This document shows, in pieces, positions 10,301-20,200 of a stretch of 64,000 bases of DNA. Location: contig CAZYAN010000009.1 in NCBI GenBank assembly GCA_964645585.1, positions 18,480-82,479 of the forward strand, given 5' to 3'. The notes under the pieces were generated by a model, which searched no databases, had not been told where the DNA came from, and saw only the letters and a program-made list of their open reading frames with translations. Within the stretch, counting starts at the first letter, position 1. Each line of letters starts with the position of its first letter. The DNA is from an uncultured Opitutales bacterium (GTDB lineage Bacteria > Verrucomicrobiota > Verrucomicrobiia > Opitutales > T3Sed10-336). A program made the translations under genes and the position numbers.

Positions 10301-11297
10301 CGAGGAAATCGAGAATCCCGTCGCGTCCAGGCTGGTCATTGATCACTTCACGCACAATAAAGTGCGCGTCGATCGAACGGATGACCGAAGTCTCCATCCC
10401 GCCCAATTCCGATGAGTGCGTATACGATGCCTTGAAATCGATAAATTCGCCGGAAAGCGACGTAATCATATCCCAGGCGCCTTTCTTCGTTTCGCCTGGA
10501 TAAATATCGCCTAGATCGACCAGCAAACTCGCCCGGTCGAGCGGACTGTCCATCACCCGGGCACCCAGCAAACGCGCAACCAGCAACAGCCCTTGGTTGT
10601 TCTCGACAATCCGCGGCTGCTGCGAATCAATCTTCAAGCTCCGCGCGATCCCGTAACCGGTGTTCTTTACCAAGACTCCCAGCGTAAACGGAATCGGGCT
10701 TTCCACTTCCGGCGTGAACGGATCATCGGCCTGAACGTCACGCGGCATAAAATAAGTGATTTCCAGCTCCGGCTCCGGATAGACCGAAATTGTTTCCGGA
10801 ATCGCGAACATGTTGTCTTCCGGAATCTCCACACCCGCGACTTTTCCGCTCATGTTGACTCCGACCAAATATTCCTTTCCGCGCGGATCCGTCCCGCCCG
10901 CGCCGATCTTCGGAATAATAAACCAGCGTATCTGCGCCGTCTTCGTCGGTCCAATCACGCCATCACCATCAATCCGGTTGATGTCGCGCAATCCGAGCTG
11001 TCGCACAAAAAACATGTCGGAAACGTCCGTGCCTTCCTCATCGTCCGGATCGTAGAAAACGAGGCTGGCGTAGAAATCCGTGATCGGATCCTCGCTTTCA
11101 TTGTTGGTGATTTCGAGCGTCGCTTCGAATCCCATCCGCTCGATGGTCAGCTCCTGCAGGATCTCGATCTTAGCAGTCGCGCAAATTCCCTGAAATTGCT
11201 GCTGCGCCGCCGCCGGCACCGCAAGTGCCGCCAGCATCACAGCCGCCGCGGCACCCCGGCAGATCCGCTCGATTGGTTTCATCAAAAATCGCTTCAC
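7317..11297 (-). CDS. large secreted protein: unknown N-terminal region, Ig-like repeats, FlgD-Ig-like domain, 7-bladed 'VWQD' beta-propeller, unknown C-terminal domain
   Basis: 1,326 aa with signal peptide ...AAAVMLAALAVPAAAQQ. Seven blades appear at about 7860-8720 (WVVWQDRAEGSWNIV, YVVWQGRRENGAWDIW, RIVWQDHRDVGPGEIY, NWIVWQDNRHTQLELY, QLVWQETTDGGEEI and others). There is an FlgD-Ig-like FLWDGRDDAGNLAPAGWYVVRV. The GTG start overlaps the giant ORF stop (GTGA, 11294-11297); an alternative ATG is at 11282. Confidence 0.8.
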   Translation of the reverse strand: MKRFLMKPIERICRGAAAAVMLAALAVPAAAQQQFQGICATAKIEILQELTIERMGFEATLEITNNESEDPITDFYASLVFYDPDDEEGTDVSDMFFVRQLGLRDINRIDGDGVIGPTKTAQIRWFIIPKIGAGGTDPRGKEYLVGVNMSGKVAGVEIPEDNMFAIPETISVYPEPELEITYFMPRDVQADDPFTPEVESPIPFTLGVLVKNTGYGIARSLKIDSQQPRIVENNQGLLLVARLLGARVMDSPLDRASLLVDLGDIYPGETKKGAWDMITSLSGEFIDFKASYTHSSELGGMETSVIRSIDAHFIVREVINDQPGRDGILDFLAVTDRNEALIPDAMYESEGNVTPVNHLTQVTVTSGIGPDRKFTMDVTADFEGWGFVRIDDPGQARFAIERVVRSDGKVINGRNVWTNIRYEPGSNRKLTYLNLFDLVDLGATYEYTVEYKESGLDNEPPVTEIHFAGEVFEADGKYYVNRETEIFFIAEDESPVSMYYKIGDEAFRPALPFTIREPGEHQITYYAEDIAGNREAEKTAIVVLPGEAGLIADFDSEEVSLLHSGETLSVRPDGAEISVTAAPGAVAVDAQIDIFAGVIAWPTIAGVPPSPAPSGSASLTVSGSHVDFYRYRLNGGTWSEERPVAEKLVLDGLSGDVTVAVLGRSIHGGYLPESEALEVTWKVDASAPAFSVAGVPPSPTAARSVTLTVESAGADLYRWTINGGYFRAEAPLTEPISLSALTPGTQTVSLIGKTGDEWQEAENATTVTWVVDPEYGSDFSRLTLVRSATFPGVQGQTVRFLWDGRDDAGNLAPAGWYVVRVRLVDSLGNVAHASKLVQVQNLAAGEATVADASRGAAGPHARGDWVVWQDRAEGSWNIVGRRLTAPSAPVQPITTGSAAQENPYTDGRYVVWQGRRENGAWDIWIRDLNTFAPASRVTSSPERNDIKPVIDWPWIAFQSRPVNDSQAPWQIRAINILTGENFLVNPSTENQQDLDIHAGRIVWQDHRDVGPGEIYFADLETGETRRITDNTDGQYHPKIFGNWIVWQDNRHTQLELYGMDLLRGTETRLTNSPENETRPFLLGHWVVMEEDSVGANLSNIRLLSLDNLRVAPLTNTISAKTRPVLAAGQLVWQETTDGGEEIRTAGIPALQQVFDNNNAVVVTAALADRYGDAFNLLEAWQDRAGVVAIERVSNLLPAVEIERASWEGGAASGENFTLQEGGFLWVSFDEGRILDLGTVSGEIDLSDGVTSLGYAGFPAGYTAHRMARQLGAENVRALRMLDAASGFWKTIEVRNGLLTGPDFPIPEVAVIFVDMVEPVTGWRPEL

Positions 11298-14200
11298 GGC
11301 TCGATCCCCATTTCAACAAATGCTTCAAACAATTCCGTGCCGGGCGCTCCGCACTCGTGCTCCAGCAAGATGCCGCCTGCATAGAAAACGCCGTCGTCTT
11401 CCATGTGCAGCGTGTAAACCGTCTCCCGCTCGGGAAGCTCCGCCACGCGCGTAACCTTCCAGAGCCGGCCGTCGTCTCCGTGCAGCCAGTCGCCAGCCTC
11501 CACGTTGACCGCGGCAGTCCAGCCGGTGCCGTCCACCCAGATTCGGTGATCGTTCGTCACCTTCAACGAGCTCCCCGCGCCGCCGAAGACCGGTTCATAA
11601 AAGATCTCCCGGACCTTGGCGGATTCGCGCGTCCGAATCTCAGCCACCGGATTGCCGATTCCCGAACCCGAGAACAACCGGTCGCCCACCGCCAGCTCGT
11701 CGATTCGCCGCACAGAGCCGTCCGCCAACGTCACCAGAGTTTCTCCCGTCACACAGGCGGCCGCCGTCATCGGCCAGCTTCCGCCGCCGCCCCAGACGGT
11801 TCCGCCTCCTCCGCCGCTCGGGAGCGGCCTGCCGGTGATCTGGCCTTCCGGCAACTGGGCCAGCGCACACGCGAGTCCCTTGATGATGGTGTTAGCGATA
11901 CAAACCGCCTTCACAACTTTGATCTTTTTCAGGATCTTTCCACTGACGCCTTTGCACGCGAAGTCCAGCAACTTGTCGATGTTGATCGTCGCTGACGCGC
12001 CCGGGTAATAACTCGCCCCATCCGGGCATTCCGACTCGCCCCGCGCAAGCAGCGTCAAGGTAACATCGCCATACTTGAAATTCTTATAACAATCGATCGC
12101 GTCGCCCAGACTCCCGCCGCCTTCGCCCATCGCGACGCGCCCGCCGCCACCGCCCGCAGCCAGTTCCTCCTCGGTCCCGAAATACTCCACTCGGGTCGGA
12201 ATCAAGATCGTTTCCTGCGCCCGGATCTCGGGAATATAGGTGATCAATGGCGTCAACTCCGCGGACTCGACTCGCTTTCCGAAGATTTCCGCGTCAAATA
12301 CGCTGATCAATCCTTCATTCCTCACCTCGAACATCACCGTGCCGACAAACCCCGGCTCGACTTCGCTCAAGGTAACGTTCTGCGGCGTCATCACCAGCAC
12401 CGGCACCGGCACCCGCGTCTGGAACGTCTGCTCAATTTTAATCTCGTAACGGTCGGTATACGGAACGGGAACGACCGAGAAATTGACCGTCACCATGCTG
12501 CGGTCCAAACGGGTCTCGACCGTCGTCGTCTCGTCCGGACTGACCCGCACGATTCCGGTCGTTCCAGAATGCCCGGCCGCCGTCACCCGCCACGACCAGT
12601 CGCCTTCCATCAAATCCGGAACCACAACTTCCCCTTCCGCGTCAGTCTCAAACGGTCCGGCCTCGATGCCCAGCAGTGCGTTTCTCATGAGAACCGTCGC
12701 GTTCGGCACCGGCAGCACAAGAACGTTATCGACCAGGAATTGCACGGATCCGGTCTGCGACGAGGTGATCCGCGTAAAAATATTCAAATGAAAATCGCTC
12801 ACCGTATTTCCGCCCCGGATCGTGATCGTATCGTTGTAGAATCCTTGATCCAGACTCGACGGCGGCGTCAGCACGACTGAGAAGGTAAACGTTTCGCCGA
12901 CTTCCAAATCCGGCAAAAGCACCGTCCCGTCCGGCTCCATCGGCAAATTCACCGTCATCCACGAATATTCCGCCGGCAGGATCATCACCGCATCCTCCAG
13001 CGTCCGCAGCCCGCGGTTCTCAATCGTCACTTCGCGGCTGAAAATCTCGCCGCGATTCAGGCTCGCCTGTACGTAACCAACCCTCGGGCTCGGGACCGCA
13101 AGGATCGGATTCGCCGCGAGCAAACTTACCTCTCCCGTAAACAGGGCCGACGCGCCTTCCGCCGAAACCAGGCGGAACTCCACCAGCGCATGATCTGGCG
13201 ATTCCAATTCCGCCTGCAAACGCAGCTTCACGGTCCGCCGCTGACCGCCCGCCGCCAGGCTGGGAACCGCCTCCACGAGCGACCCCGTCAGCGCTTCGGT
13301 CGCCACTTTCTCGCCGTCAATGACTTCGAACGCCGAAAATTCCAGAGCGAAATCCGTAAGCGGCAGATCACCCGGATTGATCAACCCGATGCTGAAATCG
13401 AGCGTGTCGTTCTTCGACATCCGTATTGTGCCCCGCGCCGGAGCACTGTAAACCCGGTAGAACTGGAACGCTGTTTGATCCAGCCGGTCGACCACGTCCG
13501 GATGCGCCGCCCATACCTGGAAACTTCCTCCAAGACCCGCAGTCGGCCGGTATTCAAAGGCATAATTTCCGTTGGCGTCTGTGGTCGTTTCCTCAAACCA
13601 GTGGATGCCGCGCGTCGAGAAACCGATGTGCAACGGCACCTCCGGCACCGGCAAGCCTGTCTCCCGGTCCAGCGCCTGGCCCGTCAAAATCACCGTGTCG
13701 TCATCCGCGTACAGCGCCTTGTCCGACATCGATGTCCCGTAATAGGGGGTCTGCGTCAGCCCCGAACTCATCATGCCAACGAGCGGACCCGACACGCGCT
13801 CCTCGGCTGTCCCGATCGCGTGATATATCTTCGCCAGCTCGGCCTGCAGAATCGCGCCGCCGCCTTCACCCAGCACTTCCGGTATCAATACATCGGGTAC
13901 GGTGACCGTCCGCGACTCGCCCGGCTGCAGCCGCCAGAATCCAGTTCCGTCCGGTGCGAAAATCAAGCCAGGCACAAGCGACGCGAAACTGGTCCGGCTC
14001 ATCTCGACTCCCTGCGGATTCAAGACCGCAATCGACAGATCGCCCGGCTCGGCCCCGCCCTCGCGAATCAGCACGACGTCCATGTCCGCGTAGCCGCGAT
14101 TGAAAACCGTGACGGTGAACTCGTTCAAACCGCCAGCCAGCGGCGCCGACGGCGTCGTCACACTCATCATCAGTCCCGGTGACGTCACCGCGTTATAAGA

Positions 14201-17200
14201 AACCGTCCGGCGGTAAATGGCCTGACTCCCGCCGTCGTCCACCTGCTGCAAAGCCTCGATCTCGAACAGCCGTGCCCCCGCCGAATGGCTCACGCCCGGA
14301 AACACCAGCGTCTCGACAGCGCTCTCCCCGCTCAAAACGAATGCGTTGATCGCCTTCCGGATCGAAACTTCCGGCTCCTCACTCGAAGTTCTCCGCAAGC
14401 CAATCTCGTGCAGTGACCAGCCCTGGGCTCCCGCCAAGTTCGTTGCACTGACTTCGTAACGATCGAAATACACCGCTCGCATCGGCTGGTCGGCCCCGTC
14501 ATTCCCGGGATTAAATCGCGCCGACAATTCGATCGGATAAACGGTCAGCGCACGCGCGGCGCTCTCTTGCCCAGAAGCGTTCACCGTGCGAACCGCGTAA
14601 CTCACAGGTTCGGTCCCAATCGTCAGCGTGTCCTGATACAGGGTGCCAACAACCGGTATCGTGTTCCGTTTCGCTCCGTTCCGGTAGATGTTTACCCCGA
14701 CAGCAGTCGGATCCGGCGAATTCCATTGCAACAACGGAGCGAAGCCATCCTCAACCGTCACTCGCAAGCTCGTCACCGCGCCCACATGCAATTCGAGCGT
14801 TGCCGAATCGCTCAGGTTTTCGTTTCCGACCGCATCGACGGCAGCCACGGCGTACGTGATCTCCCCGCGCGGCGGCGAATCGTTGATTTCTCCCGCCGAG
14901 CTAACGGTCCGGATCACCGTTCCATTTCGGTAAACCCGGTACGCCGCCGGAACTTCTTCCTCCGCAGGCGCCTCCCACGAAACCCGGATTCCCGTCACTC
15001 CTAAACTCGCGGCCAAATTCAGCGGTTTGCCCGGAGGTGTCCGGTCCGACACGCCCGGCACTTCATTCGACGCCGCACTTTCCGACGAAAACCGGCTCGC
15101 GGTTATCGAATACAGATACGTCCCATCCGCTGGGGGCAAATCGACAAATTCCGTCGCCGTCACGCCGGCCGCCAGCAATTCGCCCGCCTCAAGGCTTCCG
15201 TCCTCGCGACGAAAAACCGCGTATTCTTCCGCTCCGCTGGCCGCGTCCCATTCCAAGCGAATCTCACCGCCAGCAAGCGAAGTCGTCCGCAAGCCGACCG
15301 GAACCGGCGGCGGCTCCGGCAAGGCTGTCGTGTAAATTTCAATTTCAGCGCCGTCGGCGATTACGGTTCCTTCGTTGCCCAGCGCGTCTACCGTCTCCAG
15401 GAAAAACTCCCCGAAGCCCGAGCCCATCGCCGGCGTCAGCGTCAACGTTCCGCTCCAGCTCGCTCCTTCCCCAGTCAGCGCAATGGCGAGATTCTGACCG
15501 TCCGGCGCCCGAAAACTTAACTCCGGTGTCATCCCGGCCGGAACCGGCTTGCTCAGCGCCAAACCGACTTCCATCGTCACGTCCGCCAAAACCTGAACGG
15601 GAACTGCACGGTCGATCGTCACCACGCCGGTCGGGCGCGTCAGATCGAAAACCAAGGCCGGTCCGGCCGGTGTTCCAACGAATTCATTGCCGACTAAATC
15701 CCGGCCGGATACTCGGACTTCCGCCACGCCGCTCGAAGCCGACAGCGGCGACACTGGGAAGGTCCCTTGATACACCAGTTGCGAAACCTGGCTCAGTGTC
15801 ACCGTGATCGGACTGCTCGCACCTTGCGCGCGCAGGGTCAGCATCGGCGTTGCCGCAAGCGGTTCATCGGCCGTCAAACTGATCGTCAGCGTCCCCGGGC
15901 CGACCGGCGAGGCGTGGCTGTAAGAAATCGTAAACGCAGGCGGCGAAGTGTCGTAGTCGACTTCCCGAAGGTTTGAAATCGGGCTCATGTTCCCCGCGTT
16001 ATCGACCCCGACCACCGCGAAGAAGTAAATCCCGGTCGGCAGGCCGTCCACCGTGTAGTCCATGGCGAACCCGGCTTCGGCTTGCCCGCTCGCCTCTTCC
16101 GCGGCCGAGAACGGCTCCTCATCCCAAAGGAGACGGAAGGTCGCCGCCCGCTTGCCGTCCGGCTGGTAGCGCCAGGTGAATGAAACCCCTTCGCTCGGCG
16201 AGAAAACCGGCTCTTCCAAAATCACCGACGCCGGCGGCCCCGTGTCCCGCTCAACCGTCACGGGCAGTGACGAGCCGCTGCCCAAATCGTCAAACGCAAT
16301 CACCGAGAACTCATTACTTCCTTCCACCAACTCCACATCGGCGAAGGCAAACCGTCCGTCCGCACCCACCTCGGCCGTCGCCATCGGAACCCCGTTCCGC
16401 GTCAGTCGAACCGAGACAGAGGCTTCCGCCGTGCCCTCGACATCGACCGTGTCCGCGTTCGTCAAGAAACCATCCGCCGGCGAGGTGATCCGCGGAGCGG
16501 CGGGCGGTGTCGGCTGCACCGTCACATTGTGCTCGCGCGTCGCTACGCGTCCGCCATTGTCCGTCGCGCGCAGCATCACCCGGTAGATGCCCGGACTCAA
16601 TCCCTGCGGATTCCATTGGCCAGACAAATTGCCGCCGCTCGCGGTCAGCACCGGAACGCCATTGACCAAAAACTCGATCGATGCCACACCGAGGACCGCG
16701 GTTGCACTGCCGGTAACCTCGGTCGGACGAGTCACCAGTTGGCCTTCGCTCAGATTGAATTCGGCGATCGCAGGCCCGTCTGTCACGTATTCAATCGGGA
16801 ATGACACCGCCGGACTGGTCTCGCCCGACACGCTTTGGAATTGAACAAAGACCGTTTTCAGCCCACCGGATGGCGACAATTCAAACGTCACATCATACGG
16901 ATAAGCGGTGTAAATATCGCTCTCATCCTGCACCGGAACGTCTTGGAAGAAGGTTCCGCTAAAGGTCGAGTCTTCACTGATCCGGTAAGCGACCGCATTC
17001 GGCGAAGCCAGTGTCACGCCCAGGTTCCGCGTTCCCGTTTGCGAAATTCCACCCGCGGCTGCAGCAGCAGGAGCCAGAACCGGCTCCTGCACCAGCGGAT
17101 TCGCCGCGTCCACATTGCCTTCCAGCCCCGCTTCAATCTCCGGGGCCAGACTCGTCCCCCACCAGTTCCCTTGGGCAGTCAATGTCGATCCGGTTTCCGC

Positions 17201-20200
17201 CCGCGCATTCACTCCATTGCTCTTCACAACGGAGTCAATCAGTGTTACCGAGCTGTTTCCGCTTAAATCAATCCCGGTTTGATTCAACAGCGCCAGCGAA
17301 TCGCCAACCAGCTGGGCGGAAACGCCGTCGAAAGTTATGCCGGTCGTGTTCCACGCGAGTCGCAATGCGTTCAAATCCGCGTTCGTATCCGAAATTTGGA
17401 TTCCATCGCCGTAACGCACCCAGACATGATGCAGGATCGAATCCCCGGCGTTCGGGCCAATCGCGATTCCTGTCCAGTCTCCCGGTGCCGCAGTCCCGCC
17501 TTCTTCATTGGCGGAGGTGAAATGAATCGGCGCGATCGCGGTCCCTTCGGCGATCAGGGCGCCGTTTTCCACCGTTAATCCCGCGCCATCGACAAATCGC
17601 AAGGTCGTTCCCGGCTGCACCGTCAATCGCGCGCCGTTCGTCACCACAAGCGATTCGTGAACCACAATTTCGGTTTCCCCGTCGCCGCCGACCTCCAGAT
17701 CGCCGGCGATCGCCCCGGCGAGAGGATCGGACCAGCGGACACTTGTCACCGCCGGATCGAACTCGCCAATTCGATTAAAGCCGACCACCGCAAAATGATA
17801 TTCCCGCGTCCGGTCGAGGTTCAGGTGCTCAAACATCGAAGCTGCCGCACCCAGCTCGGCAACCGGGGTCATCCCTGCCACAGATGTAAACGGAGCGTCC
17901 GATACAAATACCCGGAAGCCGGCAAAGCCGACCAATCCATTTTTTGGGTACGACGGCCAGCTCAGCCGCACACCGCTCAAATCGACGTTCGTCAGCGAAA
18001 TCGTCACTGGCGGCGGCAAATCGCTTTCAAGCCGCACCAGCAGCGACTCCAGCGCGGAGTCCGCATTGCCGGCCGCGTCAACCGCGGCGACCGCCACGTG
18101 ATAATCCGTGTCCGGCTGCAAGTTTGAGAACGTAAAGCTCCGTGCGGCCTTCCCCGCTCCCGAGAACACCGGGATTTCGTGAATCGAAGTAAACGGTGCG
18201 CTGTGACGGTAGATCCGGAAGGCGCTCAAATCCGCCGGCGCCGTGTAATCGGACCAGGAAACCGTCGCTGAACTTGTCGTGGTCGCCGCAATCGTCAGAG
18301 CCGGATGCTCCGGCGGCGTCGCGTCCACCGTGAATTCGAAAACGGTTCCCGCTTCCATCTCGCGGCCATCCAGATCTTTCGCTCCAGCCAGATGCAGCAA
18401 GAAGGTTCCATCGTGTCCGGCGCCGAATGTCACCGGCGGCGTCGTAAATGTGTCGTTATTGACGGCACCGCGACTCCAGACACCATTCCCTGGGAACACC
18501 GGCGCGGGCGTTTCACTGTCTGATTGCAAGGTCGCCACCGGGACCGCCGCCGGATCCATCGTCCGGTCAAAACGCACGCTGATTTGATAAGCCAATCCCG
18601 CCGGAACCGCGCCCGATTTACTTCCGGACGCCGCCACAACCGCCGGCCGCAAACTGCGCGCCTGGTAGTGCGCCACAAAGTGCATCTCGGCCGGATCGAG
18701 CGTCGTAAACAGTTTCTCCACCGTCCGCAGGCCGCTGAAATGCGTCCCGTTCAGTGTGAACTTTTCGAATACGTATTCCGTATCGTCCTGAACAACCGTC
18801 GCCGGGGCCGAAAGGGTTGTCGTCTCCCCGTTGCTGAAGGTTCCCGCGCCGGACACCGCCGCGATGCCTGCCGGTTCGGTTGCCGTCGTCACTTCATGAA
18901 CCGGATTCGCCTCCGTGAAATGCGCCGTCAGCGACCGCGCCTCAACCGCCGCAAACGCCAGCACCGGTTCCGTCGAAATCGTTGTCCCGCCTTCTGACCA
19001 GTGACTGAACAGATAACCCGGCTGCGGGTTCGCCGTCAGCTCGACGGCACTGCCGTGCTGGTGCGCGCCTCCTCCTGAAATCGTGCCCCCTCCCGCCGGA
19101 TTGGCCGACACCGCGATGAAATAATTCGGCAGCGCGAAGACCGCGGTCAGTTCCCGGTCGCGAATCGCCGTAAAGGTGTAGGACGCGTTCCCGCTTCGGA
19201 ACGCCCCGTTCTCCGCCCAGTTGACAAAGCGATACGGCAAGACCGATGTGTCCGGTGTCGCCGTCACCGTCACGGTCGCTCCCTCCGGATAGACACCGCC
19301 GCCGCTCACCGAGCCGCCTTCAGCCGGAACAGCGTCCAAACTGATGGTGAAAAACGCGGTAATGCTGAAGGTCGCGACGGCGAGATTCTGCTCCGCGACC
19401 GCGTGTCCGTCAGGGCCGTATTCAAAATGTGCATCATCAGCGTCGGTACGGACTTCCACCCGGTAGTTTCCTGGAAGCGCCGTCGCGAAACTCGCCGCCC
19501 CCGGAACGAACGCATCCACCGCCAAATCCTCCGTCACCTCACTTCGCTCATCGAACACGACGGTGTTCGTCGCCAGGTGACGCACCTGCACCCGGTCGGC
19601 GAATCCGCCAGTCACCATTGCCGCACCCCGGTTCCAAGTCTCCCACGAAACATGGTAGACGCCGTCCCCGTCCGGTCCGGTCAGCGTCAGATTCTCAACC
19701 ATCAGATCCGGGTAGTCGTTCAGCTCAACCGTAAACGGCGATTCGGTGAAGGTTTCATTATCCCCTTCGAGCACGAACTCATTCACGACGTTTGTCGAAT
19801 CCGTGCGGACAATGACGTAAAAGCTCCCCGCTATCCCGTCCGGAATTCGCACCTGCCGGGTTACGGTGTACGTCTCGCCCGGCGCCAAGACGCCGGATCG
19901 CTGGTGCAAATCAAGGGCGAAATCGTCCTCATCGCCGAAAATCGTGTTCGCTGACAGCACCGCTTCGTCATACCAGACACCGACCTGCGTCGCTTGAGAC
20001 CCAACGTTGCCGACCTCGTATTCGATCGTAAACGTCTCGCCGCTCTTGATATTCTCCACGCCCGACGCCGACAGGTTGACCACCTGCAAATTGGGGAAGC
20101 TCACGCCGCCGCTCGGGACAATCAGGGCGTCCAGAATATATTCGCTCATCAATCCGCCCGTGCTTCCGGAACTGCGCACGAGCGCGAAATATTCGCCCGT

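Noticed and set aside
11294-12169. Interpretation of the giant protein as a polymorphic toxin, with Hint releasing a C-terminal toxin and a downstream immunity gene.
   Set aside because: Only 19 residues follow the Hint domain. The downstream gene is a 1,326-aa secreted propeller protein, not a small immunity-like protein.
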